From Bacillota bacterium (GTDB taxonomy: Bacteria > Bacillota > Dethiobacteria > DTU022 > UBA8154), in assembly GCA_012837615.1 (NCBI GenBank), contig DUQX01000037.1:76-64075 (forward strand): a DNA stretch of 64,000 nt, given 5' to 3'. A program made the translations under genes and the position numbers. This document shows, one piece after another, positions 17,221 to 26,878 of this stretch. Below the pieces are notes generated by a model. The model made no database searches, was not told the origin of the DNA, and worked only from the letters and a program-made list of their open reading frames with translations. Positions within the stretch are counted from its first letter, which is position 1; each line of letters starts with the position of its first letter.

Positions 17221-17249
17221 TTGATATACTGGACAGCGGGGTTGAAAAT
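17221..17249 (+). promoter_or_regulatory. Possible proximal promoter for the ABC-F gene
   Basis: TTGATA at 17221-17226, a 17-nt spacer, and GAAAAT at 17244-17249. Confidence 0.3.
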
Positions 17250-17327
17250 TGTTACATTAATATTGGATTAGGTAAAAGTTATACAAGATCATGTTTTTAG
17301 AAATATTGGTGGAAGCGGCAAAAGGAG

Positions 17328-19295
17328 GTGATCCTTCTGGCCATATTAAGCATAAACAACATTTCGAAATATTTCGGGGATCAGCCGGTCTTATCGGGAA
17401 TATCCTTGCAATTGCATCAGGGAGAAAAGGTCGGGTTGGTAGGACCCAATGGAGCAGGGAAAACCACACTATTAAAAATTATCACAGGGGAGGTAGGGGC
17501 CGATGAGGGAGCGGTATACATGGCCAAAGAGCTTTCCCTGGGCTATCTTAGCCAAAAACCGGGGATGCTGCCCCATACGACACTTGAGGAATATTTAATG
17601 GAAGCTCTCAAAGACGTGGTTTTTCTCCGGCAGGAGCTGGCCTCTCTTGAGCGGAAGATGGCTTCTCCAGCCATTAAAGAAAACAGTGTTGCCCTTGATT
17701 CACTGATGCAGCGATATGGAGATCTTGCCCATCTTTTTGAGGAAAAAGGCGGTTACATGCTGGAAAAACGCTTGTCTGCTGTTGCAGGGGGGCTGGGTTT
17801 TACTGAAGGTGATTTTAAGCGTCGAGTTTCGGAATTCAGCGGCGGCGAAAAGACGAGAGCACAACTGGCTTTCCTTATCCTTCAGGAGCCGGATCTGCTT
17901 TTGCTAGATGAGCCTACCAATTACCTGGATATTGATGCTGTGGAATGGCTGGAAAATTTTCTGCGCGATTGTCCCGGTTCCATCATAGTGGTCTCCCATG
18001 ACCGTTATTTTCTTGATCGGGTTGTTGGCAGGATTGTCGCTCTTAGAAACGGAAATCTGAGAAATTATCGCGGTAATTATTCTGCATATATTTCACAACG
18101 AGAGATAGAGGAGATAAGCGCGGAGAAAGCCTACAAAAAACAGCAGGCAGCTATCAAGAAGGATCTTGAATTTATTAGGACGGCGGCTGCGGACGAGAGG
18201 ACCAAACGGCAGGCACGCAGCAGGGAAAAGCGGCTCCGGGCGCTGAATACGGTTTCGAGGCCTATGAAAGATAAATCTATGAATCTCAATTTCAGCTTTG
18301 CCGGGCGCAGTGGTAAGATCGTGCTTTCTATGGAGAATGTTTCCAAGGCCTTTGGAGAAACAGTTCTTTTTAAGAATGCTACTTTTAAAATAAATTGGGG
18401 AGATCGGGTTGCGCTGGTCGGGCCAAATGGTGCCGGCAAAACTACTCTCTTGCGGATTATAACAGGGGAGGAAATGCAAAGTGAAGGAAAAATCTATCTT
18501 GGCCCCAGTGTGAAGCCGGTGTATTTTGATCAGGAGCAGCAACAGCTTGACCTGCTCAGTACGCCATTGGAAACGATTATGAACGCTTCCTCCATGGGGG
18601 AGGCGGAAGCCCGGAAACATTTGGGGCGCTATCTTTTCCGGGAGGACGAGATCTTCAAAAAGATTGGGGATTTGAGCGGTGGGGAAAAAAGCCGTCTTGC
18701 CCTGGCAAAGATTGCCCTGGCCGCGGGTAATTTTTTGATTCTGGACGAGCCTACCAATCACCTGGATATCGCGGGAGTGGAGGAACTGGAGGCAGCGTTA
18801 GACGATTATCAGGGTACTTTACTTGTAGTCTCCCATGACCGTTATTTTGTTTCGCGTATGGCGACCAGGATTCTGGAGATCCGGGGACAACGGGTAAGGT
18901 TGTTTAAAGGGGATTACCGTGAATACGAGGAGATGAGGGCCAGGGAGAAAGAGGAGAAGTCTGCCTTGAAGGACCATCCTGAAGCATTATCCCGTCGCCG
19001 TGAAGAGGAAAAAAAACGTCGGGAAGAAAGAGAAAAAATCCTTAAACTGCGCCGTCAAAAGCGTACCCTGAAAAAACGCCTTCAGGAGCTGGAAGAAGAA
19101 ATTCTCCTGAAAGAGCAGAAAGTATCTTCATTCCAGGACAGGCTGGCCGATGCGGGGATCTATCAAAACTTTGACGATGCCCGCAGCGTGGCGGAGGAAT
19201 ATAAAAAAGCACAAAAACGGCTTCACCTTCTTTATGAACAATGGGAAGCTGCCGCTCTCCAGCTGGAAGAACTGCCGGAGGAAGATAAAATCTAA
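17328..19295 (+). CDS. ABC-F family ATPase (two ABC domains, no TM; long Glu/Lys/Arg coiled-coil C-terminal extension)
   Basis: Two Walker A sites ('GPNGAGKTT' twice) and two signatures ('FSGGEKTR', 'LSGGEKSR'), with no membrane domain. The start is uncertain because GTG 17328 overlaps the SD; CTG 17337 is an alternative. Confidence 0.9.
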   Translation: MILLAILSINNISKYFGDQPVLSGISLQLHQGEKVGLVGPNGAGKTTLLKIITGEVGADEGAVYMAKELSLGYLSQKPGMLPHTTLEEYLMEALKDVVFLRQELASLERKMASPAIKENSVALDSLMQRYGDLAHLFEEKGGYMLEKRLSAVAGGLGFTEGDFKRRVSEFSGGEKTRAQLAFLILQEPDLLLLDEPTNYLDIDAVEWLENFLRDCPGSIIVVSHDRYFLDRVVGRIVALRNGNLRNYRGNYSAYISQREIEEISAEKAYKKQQAAIKKDLEFIRTAAADERTKRQARSREKRLRALNTVSRPMKDKSMNLNFSFAGRSGKIVLSMENVSKAFGETVLFKNATFKINWGDRVALVGPNGAGKTTLLRIITGEEMQSEGKIYLGPSVKPVYFDQEQQQLDLLSTPLETIMNASSMGEAEARKHLGRYLFREDEIFKKIGDLSGGEKSRLALAKIALAAGNFLILDEPTNHLDIAGVEELEAALDDYQGTLLVVSHDRYFVSRMATRILEIRGQRVRLFKGDYREYEEMRAREKEEKSALKDHPEALSRRREEEKKRREEREKILKLRRQKRTLKKRLQELEEEILLKEQKVSSFQDRLADAGIYQNFDDARSVAEEYKKAQKRLHLLYEQWEAAALQLEELPEEDKI

Positions 19296-19320
19296 ACTGT
19301 TTGTTTCTTGTAAAAAGCAA

Positions 19321-19344
19321 ATACTATAATTATACTATAATTAT
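19321..19344. repeat. Tandem duplication of the 11-nt unit ATACTATAATT (two copies)
   Basis: Read directly at 19321-19331 and 19332-19342, between the convergent ABC-F and carB ends. Confidence 0.6.
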
Positions 19345-19456
19345 CCGTCAAATTTTGCTATTTGCCGGAACGCCGCTTTCACTTAGGGACAGTTTGGAGT
19401 GCCCCCCTCGTGGTATATACTTTGTTGTTCTTGCCTTTTGGCAAAGCAGAGCATTT

Positions 19457-22400
19457 TTATAGATGAAGATATTCCTGTAAGGAAAGGACGCCCGGATCTT
19501 CTCCCAGTTTTAGTTCTTCGATTATTTTTCCCGCGGCCTGGGCTGTATCCAGCGATGTGAAACAGGGGATATTATGTTCGACTGCAGATCTGCGAATACG
19601 GAAGCCGTCTGTTTTTGGCATTTTCCCCCTGGTCAAAGTATTGATCACCAGATCGATTTTGCCGGACTGGATTACATCGACCACGTGCGGCGACCCTTCG
19701 CGGATTTTATTGACAGTATCGACCTTTAAGCCGGCTTCCTTTAAAAAGAGGGCTGTACCCCTGGTGGCATAGATTTTAAAGCCCATCGCGGAAAGCCTTT
19801 GAATTAAGGGAAGCGCTTCTTTTTTGTCCTTATCGGCTACTGTGACCAGGATATTACCCTTACCGTCCGGAGAAAGGTTGAATCCCGAGGAGAGCAGGGC
19901 TTTGTAAAGTGCCTTTGGCAGATGCCTGTTGATGCCCATAACTTCACCGGTTGATTTCATCTCCGGCCCCAGCGAGGTTTCCAGAAGGTAGAGCTTGGAG
20001 AAAGAGAAAACGGGTGCCTTTATGCTTACAAAATCCGGCGGGTTTGCCAGGCCGCCTTCATAGCCTAAATCCCGCAGCGTTTTTCCAAGGGCAATTTTTG
20101 TGGCCAGGTTTATCATGGGGATACCCGTTACTTTGCTTAAAAAAGGGACTGTCCTGCTGGAGCGCGGGTTTACCTCCAGGACATAAAGCTCATTTTCGTG
20201 ATGGACATACTGGATATTGAGACTGCCCTTGATCTTTAACGCCTGGGCCAGCTGTGTAGTATAAGAGACCACTTTCTGCTGAATTTCCGGAGACAAATTC
20301 ATCGGAGGGTAAACGGCTATGCTGTCCCCGGAGTGAACACCGGCTTTTTCAATATGCTCCATTATTCCCGGGATAAGACATTCGTGCCCGTCGGAGACAG
20401 CGTCTACTTCCAGTTCCACACCCTTGAGGTATTGGTCAATCAGCACGGGGTGGTTGGGAGATACTTTTACCGCTGTGGACATGTACTCCCGTAGATCTTT
20501 AATATTGTAGACGATCTCCATTGCCCGGCCGCCCAGGACATAAGACGGGCGGACAAGGACGGGGTAGCCTATTTTTTCGGCTATTGTTTCTGCTTGCTTG
20601 GTAGTTATGGCTGTTCCCCCGGCCGGACGGGGAATATGCAGCGTTTCCAGCAGGTTGTCAAACCGGCGTCGGTTTTCAGCGGCATCAATATCTTTTACGG
20701 TGGTACCGATAATATTAATACCTTCCTGGCTCAAGGTTTCGGCGAGGTTGATAGCGGTTTGACCGCCGAATTGCACTACTGCGCCCATCGGGCGTTCCAT
20801 CTCTACAATATTAAGGACATCTTCCGGGACCAGGGGTTCAAAATAAAGGCGGTCGGAAGTGTCAAAATCCGTGCTGACCGTTTCTGGGTTATTGTTTATT
20901 ATGATCGATTCGATGCTTTCTTCCCTGAGCGCCCAAGAGGCGTGTACAGAACAGTAGTCGAATTCGATACCTTGGCCAATCCGGATGGGGCCTGCTCCCA
21001 GGACAACTGTCTTTTTGTTTTGGGAGGGAAGGCACTCGTTTTCATGGTCGTAAGTGGAGTAATAATAGGGTGTCTTAGCGTCAAACTCCCCGGCGCAGGT
21101 ATCGACCATTTTATAAACGGGGGTAATCTTTTCCTTCCGGCGTTGGGAACGTATTTCCTCTTCTTTGCTTCCGGTTAACTGTGCAATGGTATGGTCGGCA
21201 AAACCATAATACTTGGCGGAGAAGAGGAGATCTTTGCTCAAGTTTTCTTTTCCGTCTGTTTTCAGCCGGTTTTCCAGTTCAACGATATGTTTTATTTTAT
21301 GCAGGAAAAAATAATCAATTCCGGAGATACTGTTGATCTCCTCGAGGGAGACTCCTCTGCGAATGGCTTCTGCAACAGCGAAAAGGCGGCGATCCGTAGG
21401 AAAGGATAGCTCTTTCCACAGTGCCGTTGATGAGAAATCTTTCAGCTCGGGGAGCTCCAGGTGAAAGATATCGATTTCCAGGGACCGTACCGCTTTGAGC
21501 AGTGCTTCCTCAAAAGAACGGCCAAGGGACATAACTTCGCCCGTGGACTTCATCTGGGTGCCCAACGTGCGATCTGCAGTCGCGAACTTGTCAAAAGGCC
21601 AGCGGGGAAATTTTACCACGCAGTAGTCGATAGAGGGTTCAAAACAGGCCGCTGTATTGCCTGTAATGGCGTTTTTTATTTCATCAAGCCTGAGCCCCAC
21701 GGCAATTTTGCTGGCAACTTTGGCAATGGGATAACCGGTGGCCTTGGAGGCCAGGGCGCTGGAGCGGCTTACTCTAGGGTTAACTTCGATCACGTAATAG
21801 TTATAGCTGGAAGGGTCCTTGGCAAACTGTATGTTGCAGCCGCCTTCGATACCCAGGGCGCGGATAATTTTTAAGGATGCTCCCCGTAGCTGCTGGTATT
21901 CGCGGTCAGTAAGAGTAAGTGCCGGGGCGACAACGACACTGTCTCCAGTATGAATTCCCATGGGGTCAATGTTTTCCATGCTGCAGATAGTGATACAGCT
22001 GTCCGCACTATCCCGCATTACCTCAAATTCGATTTCTTTCCATCCGGTAACGCTTTTCTCGATAAGGAGCTGGCCGATAAGGCTGTATTTTAATCCGCGG
22101 CGAGAGATATCCATGAGCTCCTGTTCGTCTTTGGCCATTCCCCCACCTGTGCCTCCCATGGTATATGCCGGCCGAACGATAACGGGATAGCCGATCTCTT
22201 CGGCGAGCGACAGAGCGTCCTCTGTAGTGGAGACAATGCCGCTGGGGGGAACGGGCTCCCCGATTTCCTCCAGCATCTGCTTAAATTTCTCCCGGTCCTC
22301 CGCTTTTTCTATTGTATCCAGAGGTGTGCCCAGAAGCCTGATACCGAGGCGATCCAGAGTTCCCTGGCGGGCTATCTCCTTGGCCAGGTTTAACCCGATC

Positions 22401-22678
22401 TGTCCCCCGAGTGTGGGTAAAAGCCCGTCCGGTTTTTCCCTTTCCAGTATGCGGGTTACAAACTCCGCTGTTAACGGTTCCAGATAAACACGGTCGGCCA
22501 TATTAGTATCGGTCATAATGGTGGCAGGGTTGCTATTTACCAGCACTACTTCCACCCCTTCTTCTTTCAGAGCGCGGCAGGCTTGAGAGCCCGAATAATC
22601 GAATTCGGCAGCCTGCCCGATGACAATGGGCCCGGAACCGATTACCATGACTTTATTAATAGTGGCATCTCTCGGCAT
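19457..22678 (-). CDS. carB: Carbamoyl-phosphate synthase large subunit
   Basis: 1073 aa with duplicated ATP-grasp halves and an MGS-like C-terminus. The N-terminus '[25 protein letters not shown]' is canonical. Confidence 0.97.
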   Translation of the reverse strand: MPRDATINKVMVIGSGPIVIGQAAEFDYSGSQACRALKEEGVEVVLVNSNPATIMTDTNMADRVYLEPLTAEFVTRILEREKPDGLLPTLGGQIGLNLAKEIARQGTLDRLGIRLLGTPLDTIEKAEDREKFKQMLEEIGEPVPPSGIVSTTEDALSLAEEIGYPVIVRPAYTMGGTGGGMAKDEQELMDISRRGLKYSLIGQLLIEKSVTGWKEIEFEVMRDSADSCITICSMENIDPMGIHTGDSVVVAPALTLTDREYQQLRGASLKIIRALGIEGGCNIQFAKDPSSYNYYVIEVNPRVSRSSALASKATGYPIAKVASKIAVGLRLDEIKNAITGNTAACFEPSIDYCVVKFPRWPFDKFATADRTLGTQMKSTGEVMSLGRSFEEALLKAVRSLEIDIFHLELPELKDFSSTALWKELSFPTDRRLFAVAEAIRRGVSLEEINSISGIDYFFLHKIKHIVELENRLKTDGKENLSKDLLFSAKYYGFADHTIAQLTGSKEEEIRSQRRKEKITPVYKMVDTCAGEFDAKTPYYYSTYDHENECLPSQNKKTVVLGAGPIRIGQGIEFDYCSVHASWALREESIESIIINNNPETVSTDFDTSDRLYFEPLVPEDVLNIVEMERPMGAVVQFGGQTAINLAETLSQEGINIIGTTVKDIDAAENRRRFDNLLETLHIPRPAGGTAITTKQAETIAEKIGYPVLVRPSYVLGGRAMEIVYNIKDLREYMSTAVKVSPNHPVLIDQYLKGVELEVDAVSDGHECLIPGIMEHIEKAGVHSGDSIAVYPPMNLSPEIQQKVVSYTTQLAQALKIKGSLNIQYVHHENELYVLEVNPRSSRTVPFLSKVTGIPMINLATKIALGKTLRDLGYEGGLANPPDFVSIKAPVFSFSKLYLLETSLGPEMKSTGEVMGINRHLPKALYKALLSSGFNLSPDGKGNILVTVADKDKKEALPLIQRLSAMGFKIYATRGTALFLKEAGLKVDTVNKIREGSPHVVDVIQSGKIDLVINTLTRGKMPKTDGFRIRRSAVEHNIPCFTSLDTAQAAGKIIEELKLGEDPGVLSLQEYLHL

Positions 22679-22757
22679 ATTTCAATGCACCTCCAGATTC
22701 TTGTTGTTTTATAATTCTACATCTGGTTTCGCTTTATAGCGATCATCCTTGATTTGT

Positions 22758-22862
22758 TTTCAAAGTTGCTACGCCATATTTATTTAGTATGCCGTTAGGC
22801 TTGCAAACAACGATTATTTTTCTGACAACGTCCGGTGGCTGCCGGATGAGCGGATGATCGCT
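22758..22862. repeat. 11-bp long-range inverted repeat enclosing 83 nt inside the carA-carB spacer
   Basis: AGCGATCATCC (22758-22768) is the exact reverse complement of GGATGATCGCT (22852-22862). Confidence 0.7.
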
Positions 22863-22876
22863 GTTGTTATACTTTC

Positions 22877-23968
22877 TTATACCGGCTTCAATAGCTCAAG
22901 AAAATGGTTGAAAGGATATTGTGAATCCGTTGATTCGGGAAATGTTTCCGGTAAACCGGGATATGCTTCCGGGTGGTACTGAATTGTAATTATACGTAAA
23001 TTTTCATGCATGAGCCCTTCCACCGTGCCGTCGTTAAGATTTCTCCGGGTAACGGAAATTCCGACCGGTAGGCTTTCTTCATCGACGGCAAAACCATGAT
23101 TTTGTGATGTGATATAGACTTTATCCCTGAGGATGTCTTTTACCGGGTGGTTGGCCCCCCGGTGACCGAATTTGAGTTTATAGGTTTTCCCCCCCAGGGC
23201 AAGAGCGATAACCTGGTGCCCTAGGCCGATTCCTAAAAGAGGGAGCTTACCGGCAAGTTCATTTGCCGTATTAATTGCATTTTTTGCCATTTGGGGGTCT
23301 CCCGGACCGCTGGATAGTACCAGTCCGGCCGGTTTGAGCTCCATAATATCCTGAGCATTTAAAGAAGCGGGCACCACGGTAATGCGGCAGCCCGTGTTAT
23401 GCAGAGAGCGGGCGATGGAGAGTTTGAGGCCCAGATCCATGATGACAATGTGCGGCCCGTTGTTTTCCAGGGTATAAATTTCAGGTGTTGTAACTTCCGA
23501 AATAAGGTCAATTTCCGAGATATGTGGAGCCTTTTGTAACTTTTCCAGCAGGATTTCGCGGGGTGTATCCTTAGTTGTGATAACTCCCCTCATGCAGCCT
23601 TTTATACGGATATGTCTGGTTAAAGCCCTGGTATCGATATTGTCCAGAGCTACAATATTGTTTTCTTTGAGATAATCCCCGACGGTCATTACGGAACGCC
23701 AGTTGCTCGGTGTTAAGCAAAATTCACGCGCAATAACGCCCCTTAAAAAGGGGCGTCTGGATTCAAAATCTTCGGGGTTTATTCCATAATTTCCGATAAG
23801 GGGAAAAGTCATGGCCAGTATTTGACCGCAATAAGAGGGGTCGGATATAATTTCCTGGTAACCGGTCATGCTTGTGTTAAAGACAACTTCGCCCTGGGCT
23901 TCTCCCTCCGCTCCCCGGGAAATGCCCAGAAATGTAGTGCCATCCTCCAAAACAAGCCTGCCCTGCAT
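22877..23968 (-). CDS. carA: Carbamoyl-phosphate synthase small (glutaminase) subunit
   Basis: 'MQGRLVLEDGTTF' N-terminus and a class-I GATase region ('GIGLGHQ'). ATG 23968 follows GGAGG (23976-23980) by 7 nt. The longer track ORF would read through the leader terminator. Confidence 0.95.
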   Translation of the reverse strand: MQGRLVLEDGTTFLGISRGAEGEAQGEVVFNTSMTGYQEIISDPSYCGQILAMTFPLIGNYGINPEDFESRRPFLRGVIAREFCLTPSNWRSVMTVGDYLKENNIVALDNIDTRALTRHIRIKGCMRGVITTKDTPREILLEKLQKAPHISEIDLISEVTTPEIYTLENNGPHIVIMDLGLKLSIARSLHNTGCRITVVPASLNAQDIMELKPAGLVLSSGPGDPQMAKNAINTANELAGKLPLLGIGLGHQVIALALGGKTYKLKFGHRGANHPVKDILRDKVYITSQNHGFAVDEESLPVGISVTRRNLNDGTVEGLMHENLRIITIQYHPEAYPGLPETFPESTDSQYPFNHFLELLKPV

Positions 23969-23984
23969 CTTTTTACCTCCAATC

Positions 23985-24019
23985 AAAAAACCTCCACAGC
24001 CGGATATGGCCAGGAGGTT
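23985..24019 (-). terminator. Leader (attenuator) terminator of the carAB transcript
   Basis: On the minus strand, AACCUCC...GGAGGUU forms a hairpin followed by UUUUUU, just upstream of the carA SD. Confidence 0.7.
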
Positions 24020-24055
24020 AAAAGCCACCTATAGAACGCTATAGTAAACTGTTAA

Positions 24056-24082
24056 CTCCTTTCCAGCCTCTCCGGACTGGTT
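24056..24082 (-). promoter_or_regulatory. PyrR-binding anti-antiterminator motif
   Basis: The minus strand reads AACCAGUCCGGAGAGGCUGGAAAGGAG. This is very close to the conserved PyrR loop (..GUCCAGAGAGGCU..AAGG..) and lies between the promoter and the leader terminator. Confidence 0.7.
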
Positions 24083-24107
24083 TAAAGGATCTTTAATTTC
24101 CCATCAT

Positions 24108-24136
24108 ATTTTAGCAGTAGGGGGTGGAGATGTCAA
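24108..24136 (-). promoter_or_regulatory. Sigma-A promoter of carAB (TTGACA-17-TAAAAT)
   Basis: On the minus strand, TTGACA (24136-24131), a 17-nt spacer, and TAAAAT (24113-24108). Confidence 0.6.
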
Positions 24137-24161
24137 CAAACAATACAAAATAAATTTGTTA

Positions 24162-24296
24162 TTAAGCGAAATATTCTTCAGGGGTTTGGATCGGAATGTT
24201 AGTTCGATTAACAAAGTGTTTTTTGTTCCATGTAATGATTGCCCTGGCGTTATAAAGTTCCGCTTCTTTTAGAAATATTGCATCGCCCACAGTCAT
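24162..24296 (-). pseudogene. C-terminal fragment of a PIN-domain (VapC-like) toxin
   Basis: The 44-codon ORF 'MTVGDAIFLKEAELYNARAIITWNKKHFVNRTNIPIQTPEEYFA' resembles the last third of PIN toxins (D..A...A.IT.N.K.F). No N-terminal PIN portion is present upstream. Confidence 0.4.
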
Positions 24297-24431
24297 CTTA
24301 CAAAATGATTTACCTTGGCTGAAATTCCATTATTAAGGTTTTTTAGTTCTTCAGAGTTCATTGTAAGTAATTGAGGTTGATTTTTGCTAATACGTTGTTT
24401 TATTTTGTTTTATTTTTTTATTAAGTGATTG

Positions 24432-24530
24432 TTATTCTTCTCTCAGGTCTTTTTCTTGAAAAGGCTTAATGGTGGCTATTGGTTTCCCATAGCGGGTTAC
24501 GATTACGATGCTTCCTTGTAAAAAATTCAA
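24432..24530 (-). pseudogene. Truncated Phd/YefM-like antitoxin fragment abutting the response-regulator stop codon
   Basis: A 32-codon frame, 'LNFLQGSIVIVTRYGKPIATIKPFQEKDLREE', carries the antitoxin core pattern (V.IT..GKP.A...P). Its N-terminal ~20 residues are missing, and its first codon overlaps the RR stop. Confidence 0.4.
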
Positions 24531-25150
24531 CGCGCGTTGTATTTTAAAAAACTTAGCGCTAGCTGACTTCTGTTTTTTACATTCATTTTTTTCATAAGGT
24601 TACTGATATGATTTTTTACTGTGTACACCGAAATACACAGTGTATTGGCTATATCTTTATTGGAGTACCCTTTTGCTACCAGGGATAATACTTCATTTTC
24701 ACGATTTGAGAGGGGTTTGATCATATTAATTTTCATAACCTCTTTAAATAATACAGATGCCAAAGATTCCGACATGATGATACTGCCGTTATTAATATCA
24801 ATTAAATAAGCCTCCAGCTTGCTAAAAGGAGTATCCTTTAAAATATATCCCTCAACACCCTGCTGCGTGGCTTCGTATACGTCTTCTTCATCTTCGGATA
24901 CAGTCAGCATTACTATTTTCGTTGATGGACTGCTCTTTCTCAGCTTCGGGATATCTTCAAAAGAGCGGCGTCCGTTAATATATAGATCCAGCAGCAAGAT
25001 TTGCGGTTTATTTTTTTTTATTAGATCAAGGGATGTTTCAATGCTGCTTGCCTCACCGCAGCATGTTGCCCAAGAGGTGTTGTTGATGAGGTTTCTCAAG
25101 CCGTTCCGAAATATTTCATGATCATCAATGATCATTATAGGAACTTTCAT
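24527..25150 (-). CDS. NarL/LuxR-family response regulator (REC plus LuxR HTH)
   Basis: Receiver domain ('ILLLDLYINGRRSFE') and HTH ('LSNRENEVLSLVAKGYSNKDIANTLCISVYTVKNHISNLMKKM'). Confidence 0.92.
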   Translation of the reverse strand: MKVPIMIIDDHEIFRNGLRNLINNTSWATCCGEASSIETSLDLIKKNKPQILLLDLYINGRRSFEDIPKLRKSSPSTKIVMLTVSEDEEDVYEATQQGVEGYILKDTPFSKLEAYLIDINNGSIIMSESLASVLFKEVMKINMIKPLSNRENEVLSLVAKGYSNKDIANTLCISVYTVKNHISNLMKKMNVKNRSQLALSFLKYNAR

Positions 25151-26778
25151 ATTTTAACCTCCAGTATGTTGTCTAATACAAGATTAATGCTGGTGCCTTG
25201 ATTCTTTTTTGAGGTTATCGCGATCGTTGCGCCAATATCGTCGGCTCTTTCTTTCATCACGGAGAGGCCATAACCATCGGTAACAGTATTCATGTCAAAC
25301 CCGATCCCGTTATCGGAAATATGTATTTTTAAGGAATTCCCTATAGAGGAAATGTCGATTTTGGCTTTATCGGCTTTACTATGCTTCCGGATATTGGTTA
25401 AAGCCTCCTGGATAATCCTCAAGAGCTGTATTTTTGTAAAAAAGGGAAGCTGAAGCTTAATACTAATATCTGTGATTAGCTCAATATCCGCTTCAGTTTG
25501 GAAACGGGAGATATATTTTCTGATAGCATCCTCAAAAGATGTTTCGTCGTTCATTTTAGTAACGCGCAGCCCGAAGATTGCCTCGCGAACATCCGTATAC
25601 GTCATTTCAATTATTGACATAAGAGACTGAATATGAGAAAGCTGATGATCATTTAGCTCATTCTTACAGGTACGGTGGATGTATTCTATATGATGCAGCA
25701 TTGCCAGGAGCTGCTGGGCAAGTGAATCATGCAATTCCCGGGAGATGCGGTTTTGTTCCTCAAGGATTGCGATTGATTTCGATTGTTTGAGGAAGAAATA
25801 CTTGCTGATGGCCAGTGAAAGGTGCCAGGCGATGCGTTTAAATAACCCCAGATCAAAGCTGGTATAATGAGGGTTGCACCTGGTTACCCCCAAAATTCCC
25901 AGGGTTTTGTCGCTAACAGTAAGTTTTATGCAGTAAAACCGTTCAATTTGATTTTTCTTGAAAAAGGATGAAAGAATATTATTATCCCCGCTTTTTTTGA
26001 CAGCTATATGATCGCCCTGGCTAAATTCACCGGTTAGATAATCGGTAACCTCTTCAGTTAAGCTGTCCAGCGCTATACCTGTACTTAAAATCCGCTTGTC
26101 CGGGAGTATGCCCTTTTCAAATATTACAAAGGCTCCGTCGGCCTTCATTAGCACACGGCACTCTTCCAGTGTGACCAAACAAATCGCATTAATATCTTCA
26201 AAACCAATGATTTCTTTTCCCAGTGAGTAAAGATGTTTTGCTTCGGTTTCCTTTTTTTGGATTTTCCACAAATGGTAGCTGCTATGTATATACGACCCCA
26301 GCAAATTTCCGGTGAGCGAAAGAGCTTCAATCTCTTTGGTGGAAAAATTCCGTTTTTTAAAAGAGCCCAGGTCAATTATGCCGAGAACCTTTTCAGGGGA
26401 TATAACAGGGATGGCAATAAAAGCTTTAATATTTTCTTTGTACTTTTTCCTGATAAATCTTATGTCGTTTGCCGCATCTTCACTGACTCTAACCTGCCTG
26501 AGTTCGGCAGCAGTGCCGCTAAAACCCATCCCCATGAAAATTTTATTCACATCTTCAAGATATTTTTGTGAAAAGCCTCTGGCGGTTATTAATTCAAATA
26601 TTCCGGGTGTAGCGCCGTTTTCAAGATATACTGCACCTGCATTAAAATCATATATTTCCATGATTTTTGATAGGATGTGTTCTAATTCAAGCTTAGCCTT
26701 TTGGTTGTAGATTGATTGAAATTGAGCATTTTCAAATGTAATTTGAATATTATCAAGGGGTTCTTTATTATTGCTCAT
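25147..26778 (-). CDS. Cytoplasmic sensor histidine kinase: two GAF-like domains plus HisKA_3 and HATPase_c
   Basis: No TM segments. H-box 'ISRELHDSLAQQL' and ATPase motifs 'IIQEALTNIRKHS' and 'DNGIGF...GYGLSVMKERA'. A 4-nt ATGA overlap links it to the RR gene. Confidence 0.9.
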   Translation of the reverse strand: MSNNKEPLDNIQITFENAQFQSIYNQKAKLELEHILSKIMEIYDFNAGAVYLENGATPGIFELITARGFSQKYLEDVNKIFMGMGFSGTAAELRQVRVSEDAANDIRFIRKKYKENIKAFIAIPVISPEKVLGIIDLGSFKKRNFSTKEIEALSLTGNLLGSYIHSSYHLWKIQKKETEAKHLYSLGKEIIGFEDINAICLVTLEECRVLMKADGAFVIFEKGILPDKRILSTGIALDSLTEEVTDYLTGEFSQGDHIAVKKSGDNNILSSFFKKNQIERFYCIKLTVSDKTLGILGVTRCNPHYTSFDLGLFKRIAWHLSLAISKYFFLKQSKSIAILEEQNRISRELHDSLAQQLLAMLHHIEYIHRTCKNELNDHQLSHIQSLMSIIEMTYTDVREAIFGLRVTKMNDETSFEDAIRKYISRFQTEADIELITDISIKLQLPFFTKIQLLRIIQEALTNIRKHSKADKAKIDISSIGNSLKIHISDNGIGFDMNTVTDGYGLSVMKERADDIGATIAITSKKNQGTSINLVLDNILEVKI

Positions 26779-26854
26779 GCTATTCCTTTTCCATATCTTG
26801 AACTAATAATAAATATATTTTTTATATTTCGTCATTAATAATGAAAATCCTGCT

Positions 26855-26878
26855 AAGAACTGATTATTCATAGTTCTT
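26855..26878. promoter_or_regulatory. 7-bp inverted repeat (AAGAACT-N10-AGTTCTT) in the divergent island promoter region
   Basis: Read directly. It lies in the 431-bp AT-rich spacer (26779-27209) between the kinase gene and the PhtD-like gene, making it a candidate operator. Confidence 0.3.

Noticed and set aside
18093-18761. 222-aa minus-strand ORF inside the ABC-F gene
   Set aside because: A shadow ORF antisense to a gene with clear Walker and signature motifs.
23969-24028. 20-codon N-terminal extension of carA given by the ORF track
   Set aside because: The extension would be translated across the leader terminator hairpin and U-run. ATG 23968 has a proper GGAGG at 7-nt spacing and gives the canonical CarA N-terminus.
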